A stretch of 64,000 bases of DNA, from positions 1 through 64,000 of the forward strand of contig NW_019029014.1 in the NCBI RefSeq assembly GCF_002105155.1, read 5' to 3'. A program made the position numbers and the translations under genes. The notes beneath the pieces were generated by a model, which saw nothing but the letters and a program-made list of their open reading frames with translations, did no database searches and had not been told where the DNA came from. The stretch's first letter is position 1. The number at the start of each line of letters is the position of its first letter. The stretch comes from Lobosporangium transversale (taxonomy: Eukaryota). Of the stretch, positions 36,229-48,942 are shown one piece after another.

Positions 36229-38274
36229 ATGCAATTCCTAGAAGAACAATGTACTTTACGCAAGGCAGACATGCCGGCTTCAACACGCATTGTCAAAATA
36301 CCAGAGCTTATGTTTCTGATAGCGTCGTTTCTGGAAGAAGACAGTGCATATCAAAGCATTGCCTCGTGTCTTTTAGTTTCAAAGCAGTTCCATGTTATTT
36401 TTGAACCTTTCCTTTATAAAACCATCGATCTACGACGTATCCGTCCACCTCAACCTATCGATTGTGTTGTTCTTCCTGGGGAAAGTCAGCCGCGATTGCC
36501 ATTCCAAGAGACCCTTTATCACAAAGGTCATCTTGTCCGCTCTGTTCATGCAGAGTTCCTTCAAACCGTGGTCGATTCCCCATCTTCCACGCCTTACTAT
36601 ACCGGCCTTCAACTTCATTTTTCCCACCTCTCTACTTACCTTCTTCCTTATTGCTATGAGCTCGAGTCTCTTCATATCTATCAACATGGCAGTTCGGTCC
36701 CATATTTTCAACAGGAATATTGGGATCATCTCATCACTTTAATCCAGCAAAATCGTCGAACCTTGAAAAGCCTGACGATTGAAATGAACATTCGCATGAT
36801 CTTTCCGACAGCAGTATGGGAAGCCATCAGCGATTTACAAGACCTCGTACACTTGTCAGTCTCTGGTGTTACCATTAATGGCTTTCTCGAGCAATGCGAC
36901 AAAAACCATGGCGGCAGTAACACCAGCAACAGCCCGTTATCGGTTCCACCTAACTTGGAGGCATTTCTGGATGCTTGTGAAAGAGCTGAATCCTTGTTGC
37001 TCGAAAATTTCTCAATCACTACCCTCCCAGTTACGCAAGCTTACCTTCAAGATCCTAATTCGCGTTGGCAAGCTTTTGGAAAAAGGAGGAGGAAGAGCAA
37101 ACCGTTCAAGAACTTGATAACGCTAGACGATTTTCCATCTACAGTTCCATTGTCAGATCGAACAAATCTTTTAAGCAAATTAAATTCCTCTTGCTCCTCT
37201 TCTTCTTCACTCTCTACTTCACCTTCTTCTTGTCATATCGACTCTGAATGGGAGCCAGAAATTGCTTTGGCCCGTGCTAACGCAAAATGTCGTCTTGATC
37301 AGGAACACCAAATCCAGCGTCGTTATCGTGATCTGAAATCTTTAAGATATTTCGGTCGTTCTGCTGTCGAATTGACACTCTTTCGATATCTTCTAATCCA
37401 AGGCTCGAAATCTCTGACACACATTAGCTGGAACACCCGCTTCGCCGATTTTTATCTTCCAGCCCGTATCACTCTCTTTGTTGCTCGATGCCTCGTGGAT
37501 GTAGCCACAGGCTGTATTGGTGAGAATAATAACAAGGACTGGGACTTGCCTGCAAGAGGTCCTAATGGCGAGGTAATCGACTTTGGATCCATTGCCATCA
37601 CGGACCAACTCATGCCAGGCAACCTTATTAATAACAATACCGGCGCTATCAATGACAGTAATAACAGCAATAACAATAACAACTATGGCTTTACACCTCA
37701 TCATGCCTACCATAAACGAGGTTTGACATCCTTGAGGAGTTTGGAGCTTTGGGATGGCTTTCCTTTCACAGATGACCAAATTGCTCACATCCTTGACTCA
37801 CTAACCTGTCCTTTGAAAGAGCTGAAAGTTTCTGAATCTGGATTTGGAACATTGTCTCTGGATGCATTATTTCGACAGAAAGGAGCAGTAGAGAAGACCA
37901 TAAGTGAATTAGGGAGCAAAAATAGAGACAAAGATCATAATAATACAGCAGACGGTAATGGCAATGACAACACCTGCGGATTAGATAATCGCTCCTCCAT
38001 CACAGAAGCTACTTTTCCTGGAAATATTGGGGGTAGTAGCGATAGTACTGGAGATGGAGGTCCAGAGACAATTGGGCTGTCGTCTCAGTCGTTGCCAGCA
38101 ACAGTAGCAGCAGCCGCAACTTGGAAACAACCAGGGTATTTCAGATTACCACATTCTTCAGCGTTGGAGAAACTAGATCTAACGAGCTGCCCAGATGTTA
38201 CTGAAGAGATGGTTCAAGAGATCCGGATGCATTGCCCCAACTTGAAGGAGTTGATCCTCACAAGTCAAGACTAG
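36229..38274 (+). CDS. F-box / RNI-like LRR protein
   Basis: Single long exon; N-terminal IPELMFLIASFL...SCLLVSKQFH..FEPFLYKTIDL F-box-like motif, degenerate LRRs, C-terminal LEKLDLTSCPDVT...CPNLKEL; start may be ATG 36229 or 36271. Confidence 0.8.
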   Translation: MQFLEEQCTLRKADMPASTRIVKIPELMFLIASFLEEDSAYQSIASCLLVSKQFHVIFEPFLYKTIDLRRIRPPQPIDCVVLPGESQPRLPFQETLYHKGHLVRSVHAEFLQTVVDSPSSTPYYTGLQLHFSHLSTYLLPYCYELESLHIYQHGSSVPYFQQEYWDHLITLIQQNRRTLKSLTIEMNIRMIFPTAVWEAISDLQDLVHLSVSGVTINGFLEQCDKNHGGSNTSNSPLSVPPNLEAFLDACERAESLLLENFSITTLPVTQAYLQDPNSRWQAFGKRRRKSKPFKNLITLDDFPSTVPLSDRTNLLSKLNSSCSSSSSLSTSPSSCHIDSEWEPEIALARANAKCRLDQEHQIQRRYRDLKSLRYFGRSAVELTLFRYLLIQGSKSLTHISWNTRFADFYLPARITLFVARCLVDVATGCIGENNNKDWDLPARGPNGEVIDFGSIAITDQLMPGNLINNNTGAINDSNNSNNNNNYGFTPHHAYHKRGLTSLRSLELWDGFPFTDDQIAHILDSLTCPLKELKVSESGFGTLSLDALFRQKGAVEKTISELGSKNRDKDHNNTADGNGNDNTCGLDNRSSITEATFPGNIGGSSDSTGDGGPETIGLSSQSLPATVAAAATWKQPGYFRLPHSSALEKLDLTSCPDVTEEMVQEIRMHCPNLKELILTSQD

Positions 38275-38515
38275 AAAAAAGAATAATGTATAAATAGACA
38301 TTAATTGGAACATCTTGTAAGCTGAAGAGGCTACTGAAACATTGTGCTTCGCTCCAAACCTGTGAAATAGAATTCACTGACAAATTAACAGCGGCGTGAG
38401 AGAATCAGCCAACCAAGTTTGGCAAAAAAGAGTGATCACGTTTTTTGATATTGACCTTTGTTCTATTCATTTTTCCACATCTGCTCCTTCCCCACAAAGA
38501 AAAAATAAAATAAAC

Positions 38516-39099
38516 ATGTCCCCTGTCAAAACACGTTCAACCTCATCAAAGCATCAAAAAGACCGTGGATACAAAGCCGATCCAGAAGACACTAATGACG
38601 ACGATGACTTTTATGGGATGCGGGAACTGAAACATCAGTTGGCCGGACTCAATCTACAGCTCAAGGACACGATGGGCGATGGCAATTGTCTTTTTCGTGC
38701 ATGTGCAGACCAGTTCTATGGAAATGAGCGAGACCATGCAGCCTTGAGAGCGGAAGTTTGTCAGTACATTGAAGATCATACAGACCATTTCAAGTCTTTT
38801 TTGGATAATGTGACTGTAGAGGCACATGTGGCCCACATGCGCAAGAACGGCACATATGGCGGCAATATCGAGTTAGTGGCGTTTGCCCGCATGAAAAGAG
38901 TCGACATCAAGGTTTATCAACCCGGATATATTTATGTCATTGAAGGTGTCGATGTCAAAAAGGAAGGATCTGGTCATGGACAACGACCAATCATGCATAT
39001 TGCGTAAGTTGAGAAAATTGGAATATGACAATTATTTCAGGTTTTGAGCTTTTTACCGCCTTTTCATAGGATTTGCCTTGCATTTATTGTATTTAGAAA

Positions 39100-39131
<32 letters not shown>

Positions 39132-40065
39132 CATCCTGTGGTCATATAGTTATCATAGCTGGGAGCATTATTCATCAATACGCAACATTGATGGACCACA
39201 TGAAGGGCTCCCAGAAATTAATCCACGACCTATTAAGCAACAACCTCTAGCCAAATTGACTGACCAAGACCCACCACGGTCAATTGAGCGCGTGATCATG
39301 AAAGTCTCTGGCGTTCAGGATTTAGGGCTTGTGAGGGATCTTATGGAAAAATACCACGGTGATTTTGACAGTGTTGTCAATGACTTGGCAGAAAGGGCGT
39401 ATGAGGAAGCAAACGAAGAATGCAACAAAAACATCATTATCGAGCCTGCAAATACGGATGCAGATGTTGAGGCTTCAAACGAAGAAACTGAAAGCAACGG
39501 AAAACCCATAGGCAATGTCCTAGAAGGAGAAGAGGAAGAGGAAGAGGAAGAGGAAGAGAAGAAAAAGAAAAAAGAAAGTTTACAGGAGAGCATTGAGGAT
39601 AAAACGGACGCAAACACCAAGGACCATACTCTTACACGGGCCAAACTTGATGGAGATAGTGGGACGCGGTCTGTAGCTATGGGCACATCTTGGTCATCGA
39701 GTGACTTGACTGACAGCGATCCTTCAGTTTCAGTCACTGGCTCATCCAAGCCGTCTTCACGTGCAGCTACACCAACTTTATTAGCTACATCGTCAAGATC
39801 CAGGACAGCATCGCCTGTGCCACCGATAGCCTTGTCGGATGAGCCTGTGAAGGGAGTTGTGCCTAAGAAACGGATATCATCAAGAGAGAAGAAAGAATTA
39901 GCAAAACGAAATCAGAAATTGAACAAGAAGAATAGGGGAAAAGTAAGCTCTGCTAGTAGTAGCAATGAGAGTGACAAGAGCTCCACCCATAATACCTCGA
40001 TTTTAACTACAACTAGAGGAGATGACAAAAGGATTAGCAGCAATATGCGGGAACTGTTTGTGTAA
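38516..40065 (+). CDS. OTU-domain deubiquitinase (OTUD3-like)
   Basis: GDGNCLFRA catalytic Cys motif, GTYGGNIELVAFA; intron 39004..39149 joins to AYHSWEHYSSIRN (catalytic His); low-complexity C-terminus. Confidence 0.9.
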
Positions 40066-40095
40066 TACAAATTAGTTTTTTTTATTTGAGTTTCT

Positions 40096-40126
<31 letters not shown>

Positions 40127-40482
40127 CATGGCAATTATAACTGTACATTTATATAACAACCATTTAGTAATTGATTACAGCCTATAGGCGTGGACTCCGA
40201 TGTTTATCTATTCTACACAAAATGGCTGCTGTGCTGTGAACGTCTTTGCATTCTACGCTCAAATAGATAATACATATTTGTTGATTGACCAAATTAGGTT
40301 AATGTGGATTACCTTGGTAACTAGATTTTCTTTTTTTTGCTTGTGTACGTTTCCATATTTCTACCCAACGCCTGAAAGCTCACCATCGGAGAAAAAACTG
40401 GATACATATCCTCCCTTTAGTTGGAGTCTTACAAGAAAGTAAGCTTTGCTTTTAATCAGGCGCATGAGCAAAAGCTTTTATT

Positions 40483-40515
<33 letters not shown>

Positions 40516-40921
40516 AAAGATTGGTATATGTGTACTCGTGCCGTATCATGACATTTGAATTTCTACTGCTGTGCAAAGTACAAATGAAACTGGCTCTCTT
40601 TCCTTGTGCAATATTTTTTATCTTTGTACACCCGTTTTTTTGACATGTTTATGTTTATCGTTAGACATTTTTCCCCTTGTTTCTTCCAATCACAATACAC
40701 TAACAATTCTCACAGGCAACTAAGCAAAAAAATAAAAATAAAAAAGAGAATAAAAGGAGAGATAACAAGAAAGGATTTTCATCTGTTTCTTTATCCTTTC
40801 TTTCTTTTTTTACTTTTTACTTCTTTCCTTTTATCTATTCCTAACATCACTTAAACCTCGAAAAAGTTGCAATATACCAAAAAAAAAAAAAAAAAAAAAA
40901 AAAAAGACAGCTGAAAGGACT

Positions 40922-42658
40922 ATGAGCGTTGATACTCCTAAAGTGATGATTGTCGGAGCAGGCATTGGAGGACTATTCCTTGGAATGTTATTGGAGAGCC
41001 TAGGGTGTCCATACCATATCTATGAACGCGCTACCGAGCACCGCGCACTAGGTATATCTATCTATATCATTAAATTTTGTTTGACTGTTTATTCGCCTGT
41101 ATTACTTTTGCATAGGATAGTGTCGAGGTTTGTTTGCTCTATACTAAACAACCTACTACCTTCAAACTGATAACTCGCCTTTTTTTTTTTTTTTTTTTTT
41201 TTTTTTATCTTCATTCATATACCAAATATCAGGCTCCGTTTTGGCATTGGGAGCCAACGTTCTTCCTGTGTTCGAACAATTGGGTTTACTTCAACAGATA
41301 GAGGAGATCTCTTTGCCATGTTACTCTATGGAGCTGTATAGACATGATATGACACTCTTTAAGTCAATCGAAACAGACAGTGTAAAAGAGTAAGCCGTAC
41401 TGAAGGATAGAGGAGAGAATAAGATCAAAAATTTCTCCTAGTTGATTTTTTTTCCTGAAAAAAAAAAAAAAAAAAAAAAAAAACTTATATATATGTATAT
41501 ATTTTCCTTTAACAAATAATAATATAGAACCGGATATGAAAGTCTGTTGTTTGAGCGCCCAAAGCTTTATGATGTGCTCTTAAAACAGATTCCTTCCGAA
41601 AAAATTACCATGGGCAAGCGCGTCCTCAAAATAGAAGAAAAGGATGATCAAGTGATAATCCATTGTGCGGACAACACTTCATTTGAAGGAGATATCGTAG
41701 TTGGAGCAGATGGCGCCTATAGCAGTGTCCGTCAGAGTATATACAAGCGGATGGAGAACATGGGGACCTTACCCAAGTCTGACAAGGATGGTCATTCAAT
41801 CGGAAGTATTTGTACGGTCGGCGTAGCGCAGTTGCCAGATCTCGAGAAGTACCCTTCGCTTCAAGCCAACCGTTCTTCTTTTGCCGTGACTCTAGGAGAG
41901 AACCTTAGATCTGTAACCATTGTTTCTTTTGAGCGTGCATAATATATATTTTACATCAACATACAATTATTAACATTCATTGCTGCCTATTGAAAATGTT
42001 CATTTTTTAGTGCTCCATAATTAGTGTCCCAGGCAATCGAGTCTGTTGGGCATTAGGCAAGCAGGTGTCGTCACAAACAGAACCCAATGATGAAAAGTTT
42101 CGGAATAATGAATGGGCCATTTCTCAAGCCAATGACAGCATGTTGGAAGAATTTCGTTCATTAAAGTGTCCTTGGGGTGGAACTATGGGCGAACTTATCG
42201 ACTTGACCGACAAAAATTTAATTTCCAAGGTCTTTTTGGAGGAGAAATTATTTAAAACTTGGTATTTTGGCCGAACTGTCCTCATCGGCGATGGTAAGTA
42301 TAATATTTGCCTTGTTTATTTATTAAGCATGAAACTCCTTGGAACTGTCAAAGATGATTAATGTTTCTTTTTGTCTATATATCCGCTGTCTACTGATAAT
42401 GCATTCTCAATTGAAAGCATGCCACAAGGTAATTTACCCACCCCTCTATTTTATCTTTTTATTTTATTTTAATGTGGCAATATTCGTGTTCAAGTTTTAA
42501 CTCAAACCAATCTTCTTTTGAATCCTCAAATTTGCTCTTTAGATGATGCCCGGTGCGGGTCAAGGTCAGTTCATTGATGATTTAAACTCACAATGGGAAA
42601 CAATGATATATTATAACCAAAATCGGAATGCTGACACTTCATTACACTACAAACACGT

Positions 42659-42694
<36 letters not shown>

Positions 42695-43120
42695 AATACA
42701 TATATATCAGGGGCCATTAATGCTATCGAGGATGCAGTGATCATTGCCAATTGCATCGCTAATATGACTGATAAGACCCAAAAGAGTGTTGATGAAGCCT
42801 TCAAAAGTTACTATCGCCAGCGTTATCACCCCTCTCAGAAGTCGTATCAGCGCAGTAGTATATGGCACAGAGTCAACTACGGCCAGTTTTGGATGGATCG
42901 GCTATTGCGTCAGATCATGATCAAGTATATGCCTCGATGGGCCCATTCTTGGGTTTCTACCAAGACTTTAACGTATCGACCTCAGGCTCAATGGCTTCCT
43001 CTGGTTCAAAACAAAGGACGGATGCAGGTCATGCCACAGGAGTTTGAAAAGTACCAGCGAATCAAGTCTAAACGCGTAAATGTAGAAACAGAGAAGACAA
43101 GTACTCCAAAGGCAGTATAA
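40922..43120 (+). CDS. FAD-dependent monooxygenase (group A), 7 exons
   Basis: IVGAGIGG, DIVVGADGAYSSVRQ, LIGD-ACHK-MMPGAGQG-AINAIEDA; lacks the last intron present in paralogs. Confidence 0.9.
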
Positions 43121-43282
43121 AAAAACGAAATAAAAGTCGAGCATTGGGTAACATTAAATGGCATTGAGGTGTACGACTTTTTTTTTTATTGCTCCTTGTT
43201 CTATGATAGTATTCGGATACCCAAGAATTTTTTTTTATTTCTTGCATGATATTAATAACTCAAACCTGTGAGTATGCTTTTT

Positions 43283-46200
43283 TTAAGTGTCCAGATGTGA
43301 CTTGACTGCAGTACCAGGAATCTCAAACGTCTTAGCGCGTGTCAGATACCGCGACATCAACTTGAATACTGCAGGCGATGTATTCATCGCATGAAGTGTG
43401 TTTTGCACCTTTGCTAAACCATCTGATTCAATCAACTTGTTCAAATTGTATGCGATCGTTGTAGGGAACTAAAATATGGTGTAATCAAAAAAAAGTATAA
43501 TTTTTTTTCAGATACAATCACTTTGAAAGCAACATCATTCAATATCATCTCATAGTATCAACACAGTTTTCAAAATAGTTACTTACGATTGTTTCATTAT
43601 ACCAACGCTCATGGTAGACACACAGTTTGATGGCAACCTCCATGGCTTTGTGCAGTTCGCCCTCTTCAGCATAGATTTCCAAGAGTCGGGCCAGTGCTTT
43701 AGCAGAAAATTTTTGGTCAGCACAATGTTGGTATGCGTCCTTAGCTTCATCACGATGGTGCAAACGCATCGCCAAATCACCATAGATCTCCCATTCTGTG
43801 CCTGACCTGCGGTAGGGCGCCTGCATAGTTTGGTAATTATGTATTTCTGATCGCCAGATCGTGTACTGGCGCAGGTCTTCATACAAAACCATGAAAAGGT
43901 TGTCCAACCAACGGTCGCAGAGACGTTTGTTGCTGAACGAGAACGACAGTTCAACTTCGTCATCTTCGTTTTCTTCATCGTCTGATGCAGCTGCAATACT
44001 AGGTTTTTCGATTTGCTTTCCCTTGCTGGAAACATGCTGAGGGCTATCCTGAGTCTCCTCATCGCCACTCGACTTGATCTCAGAGTCAGGCTTCTTCTCC
44101 TGCTCTTCCTGCTCTTGCTGCTCTACCTGCTTTTCCTGCTCTTCCTGGGCCTTCTGTTCATCGTCCTCTTCTTGATCTTGTTCCTGATCTTGATCCTTGT
44201 CTTCCTTATCACTATTAAGAGACAAGTCATCCAACTTAATGTCCTCCATGGACTGATCAGCATTATCATCTGTGGTCTTATCTGAAGCTTCCGTCACTGC
44301 CTTAGCACGAGCTTCCTCTTCAGCCTCCTCTTGTTCACGCTCGCGCTCACGCTCAGATTCAGTTGAGATCTTGATGATGGGGATGGGAGTTCCGTTAGGC
44401 GACAAGAGTTGATTCCTAGCAGGTACCTCCTCTGGTATACCCTCATCACGACTTTTTGATCTGCTTTGTTGGCCCTTGCGAATGCTTTCTTCGGCTTCCT
44501 TTTGCATTCGATATTCCTCTTCCATCACAAATACAAGTGATCGGCAGCGCAGTAACTCATCCCAGCCAATCTTAGAAACGAGTTTGGTCAACAAGTTGTA
44601 CGCACTAGCAAATGTTCCACGCAGAGTTGGTGCAGGAAGTCGTAACAATGCAGGATCGGCCTCATGCTCACGTCCCGTTTCGTCATCAATAAGAGAGAGG
44701 TCAATGTCATTGCGGATAGGCAAATGAGCCTTTGCTGGTTTGGGCATTCGCTGTAAATCTCTTTCACTGAATGTAAACATAGGGCAGGAATTGAGTGTCA
44801 ACAGCGCGCTTTCATAGTCACCCAGATCAATGTAAACTTCAGTGAGTTTCGCCCAGGTAATAAATTCTGAAGGTGCACAGTTGACCGCCCGTTTTGCCAA
44901 TCGGAGAGCCATCTCTAATTTCCCTTTGCCTCTTAAAAAGTCGGCTTGGACATGAAGCAAAGCATAGCTTTGTGGGAACTGCTTCAGAGCCTCGTACAGA
45001 ACGTTGATGGCCTTAAGCTCCTCATCTACTCACAAAAAACCAATCAAGCAACTAAGGTATTCAGAGATTGCTCATATAGCCAACGTTATTGCTCAGCAAG
45101 AGGAAAAAAAGGCTAGTAAATTACCAGTTCCGATATACGCTTGAGCTAGCAATGAGGCTACCTCAGGTTCTTTCACGAAAAGACGCTCAAAGAATTTGAC
45201 AGCAAGATCATATCGGAAACTCTCTTGGCAATACTTCATGATAGCACTCGTAAGATGGTTATTGACAATTGTAGGGACCTGGATCTCAGGATTGCTTCCA
45301 AGAGCCCAAGCTCTAAAGAACAATTGCTCCGCAGCCTCAAAGAACCTCTTTTCAGCATCAACATCCGGGATAGGATCCATTTTACGGAATCCAGGAATGC
45401 GGTAGTTGGCATCGTCCGAATAAAGGATTGCTCGTAGCATGGCAGATATATATGTTTCCTGCCAAATAGTTGGTGTGGCCTCTTGTCTAGAAAAATAATG
45501 ATATGAATGAATATCTTGTCAGTCTTCTTAATTCCTGTTCATGTTCAATGTAATACCGTTCAGTTTTCCTGCGACTTCTTTCATCCAAACTTAACATACT
45601 TGTCGCCCCTGATACTGACAGCATAACTATCAACGCCCCCTGGAATCTTGACTTCTACGCGAACATCAACGCGAGAAAATGCATTATAACAACTACACCA
45701 TTATATATAAGTTAGATCATATGTTTTCTTTTTTTGAGCGCAATACATTTCTTTAAGCCAATGCCTTACCAGTAGACACCAGATCGAATACGCCATTGAG
45801 CGCCCTTCGAGAACCAGGCATGTGATTCGTCCTGTAAGTTACCGTGTGAATCAATTGTTGTTTTGTGAAGGTTACATTTGTCCAGTGACGTATCAATTGA
45901 GTTAAATTAAAAAGAGCACAAAAGCAAGGTGGGTATGGTTGAGGTCATTCCTCCAGAAATAGACAACGTGGCACTGTTGGATAGCGTCTCAGGTCATAAA
46001 ATCATTTACACATCCGACTTACAATGGCATAGGTCAACGAGTTGAGATAAGCAGCCAGGCTAGCTGAAGATGAAGCATCAATACCGGACACATAGTGATA
46101 TGAGCTTGTCTAACATGTTGTTCAACAGAAAAAAAAAAATTCAACGACAAACCGTGGGAGATGTGTGACAGAGTCATCGTTAGCGTTGTGAGGTTGAATT

Positions 46201-46537
46201 CCTGTTAGAAAGCACACTCGCTCCATCTCCTGTAAGGCTGATTCGCATGAACACATTCAGGGATTATACCTCCTTAATAGCCGGCTTCACGTTAACCTTG
46301 ATGATGTGGCAGAGGTCTGGTGCTCCCATCTCTTTGAATGTGCCTGAAAAAAAAAAAAAAAAAAAAAAAACGGAGACATTCCATCAGTAAAGGCCTCTGA
46401 TAGAAACGCGGCTCCTAAGCCTATCCTGCTTCATCCACCCATGCGCAGTTCTTACCAAGGGCCTCTGTTCTCGCATGCAGAGACTCGCCAAGCTCCCTCT
46501 CGATGAACTCTGGGATGTCGCGCAAGTTGTCACCCAT
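43283..46537 (-). CDS. BCH1: ChAPs family exomer cargo adaptor (Bud7/Bch1/Chs6-like)
   Basis: MGDNLRDIPEFIERELGESLHARTEAL, FKEMGAPDLCH, SYHYVSGIDASSSASLAAY, CYNAFSRVDVRV, ALLTLNSCPMFT, IGWDELLRCRSLVFVMEEEY, KRLCDRWLDNLFMVLYEDLR; multi-exon; stop TAA at 43283-5. Confidence 0.92.
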
Positions 46538-46959
46538 TATAATAGTTAGTCACACAAAGAATATAGGAAAAGGATAAAAAAAAAAGAAATATCGCAGATG
46601 TCAACAAGCGATGACGCGTGAAATATTTGCCGAAGAGAAGGAGAAGGGGAAGAGAGGGTAATGATGGAAAAAGGTGAAAGAAAAATCAGCTTTTTGATGA
46701 TGGTGAGAAATGAGCAAAGAAAAAAGTTAAAGGTGTGTCCTGCATTGTCAATTAAAGAAAAAGAACAACCTGTAACTGCACATTGTAGCTTGATTTTAGA
46801 GGATTTCAATAATCTGCATTCCTATTTTCTTATTAATTTCTGCTGTAGGTGCGTTGTAGATGAGACTACATATATATATTTCTAAGAACTTCTAAAAGAA
46901 TATCCCATCAAATAATGCGAAAATTTATAAACTACCCTTAACTAAAGTAGAAATCTGCT

Positions 46960-48035
46960 TGGCTACTAAATGGATCAATCTCTTCTCGATAATGAGCCGG
47001 AAAAGGAAGGAAAGTAATAAGGCTGGGACATTTATGGCCTTGCTATTCGACTTGGCCAGCTAAAAACCGAAGCAATCGAGACTAGCACAAGGTCTTTGAA
47101 GGAAAGTTTTGCTGGATGAACGTCTCAGAATAGTCGTTGGCATTAAACAAACTTGACATATCGTTAACAAGGATCTTCAATTCCTTATTGGGAAACATGT
47201 TACCATGTAGTCAACGGGCCAGAGTTGATCATGAAAAGATGCAGGACATTCTCAACTATTGTAGTGATTCTCCCACTAGCACCACACTGCTGTCTGACAG
47301 TTTCGGCGACCATTCTGCTCTCTGGTAGAAAGAAGCCAATGGCTGGCACTCAATCATGTAATATCCTTACCGCACCGTCTTTGCGTCCTGGTATCAAAAA
47401 AAAAAAAAAAAAAAAAAAAGATCACTGAATGCTCATAGTTCAGATGACCGCTCAAGGATCTGATAAGGTACACAAATGCGTTCCAGAAGAGTTATCGGAA
47501 ATAAGCTACCAAGGCCGACACCAACAAGCATAATGGATGATGATCAATTGACCTTTGCGCGACAGGAGTCGTTCATTCGGATATTTGTATTGAGTATTTG
47601 GGTCTGCTTGAGCAGGAATGGTCCGAAACTATTATCCCTTGAATTATAGTTGGATGCCTTTTAGTCAGGATCCGTGCTAGAATGTGATGATTGCCGCCTC
47701 GGCCATTTTTAGTTGAATATAAATACAAATAGGATCTTTGAAGCCTTGAGTCATGCTATCGTGAGAATGATCCTGTCAAGTGATGAAGTTCTTTACTAAT
47801 GTTAATTTCAGACACCTTCTTGAGATAAATCTATTCCAGACGACCTTGATTGAGCAGGGTGTCTTAGCTGAGGAGTAAGTAGCCTTATTACCCCTCTCTG
47901 CAGAATGACATCTATGCAGACAATAAACTTAAAGGTAGCTCACCAAGTAGCCTGTGTGACTAATGTGCAATGCACAAACTACTCTCACTGACAGATTGGG
48001 ACAAAGCTCGAAAACTTATTTTTCTGTCGTACAAG
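46960..48035 (+). mobile_element. Decayed non-LTR (L1/Tx1-like LINE) reverse-transcriptase relic
   Basis: Ordered degenerate RT motifs across frames: DILNYCSDSP..SDSF, WYQKK..D, RVIGNKL...SIMDDDQLTF, LLEQE, INTN, RENDPV, YADN (47913-47924), mirroring KSPG.DG / YKKGD / NRL..II..DQ.GF / LDQEKA / ING / RQGDPL / YADD. Confidence 0.6.
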
Positions 48036-48885
48036 CTGCATGTATTCTCAAAGTCGAACATTTCGCGGGAGTGCCTCAATAATTTCTTTGTCGAAAAAGA
48101 ATTGGAGCATAATAACTCCTGTATTTTTACACTTCTCCCACCAGAAAGAGCACTCTCATGCGGCTTCTATCACAATCACCATTGCCAGAAATGACTTCAG
48201 AAAAAGAAGAGGGCAGCCTCCTGCGGTGTGTTCGACAGAAAGAAAAATGAAATAAACAATTCCAACTTGTACGACAGAAAAATGTCTAAGTTTTCGAGCT
48301 TTGTCCCAATCTGTCAGTGAGAGTAGTTTGTGCATTGCACATTAGTCACACAGGCTACTTGGTGAGCTACCTTTAAGTTTATTGTCTGCATAGATGTCAT
48401 TCTGCAGAGAGGGGTAATAAGGCTACTTACTCCTCAGCTAAGACACCCTGCTCAATCAAGGTCGTCTGGAATAGATTTATCTCAAGAAGGTGTCTGAAAT
48501 TAACATTAGTAAAGAACTTCATCACTTGACAGGATCATTCTCACGATAGCATGACTCAAGGCTTCAAAGATCCTATTTGTATTTATATTCAACTAAAAAT
48601 GGCCGAGGCGGCAATCATCACATTCTAGCACGGATCCTGACTAAAAGGCATCCAACTATAATTCAAGGGATAATAGTTTCGGACCATTCCTGCTCAAGCA
48701 GACCCAAATACTCAATACAAATATCCGAATGAACGACTCCTGTCGCGCAAAGGTCAATTGATCATCATCCATTATGCTTGTTGGTGTCGGCCTTGGTAGC
48801 TTATTTCCGATAACTCTTCTGGAACGCATTTGTGTACCTTATCAGATCCTTGAGCGGTCATCTGAACTATGAGCATTCAGTGATC
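47420..48885. repeat. Long inverted repeat: 599-bp arms (47420-48018 and 48287-48885) around a 268-bp spacer
   Basis: Arms are reverse complements of equal length with no mismatch seen in the segments compared; extended outward by poly(A) from 47396 and poly(T) from 48886, and inward after a 4-bp indel. Confidence 0.95.
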
Positions 48886-48910
48886 TTTTTTTTTTTTTTT
48901 TTTTTTTTTT

Positions 48911-48942
<32 letters not shown>

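Noticed and set aside
47420..48885. Fold-back/MITE DNA transposon interpretation of the long inverted repeat
   Set aside because: No TSD is discernible, the ends dissolve into homopolymers, and the arm content looks like LINE RT that continues beyond the left arm
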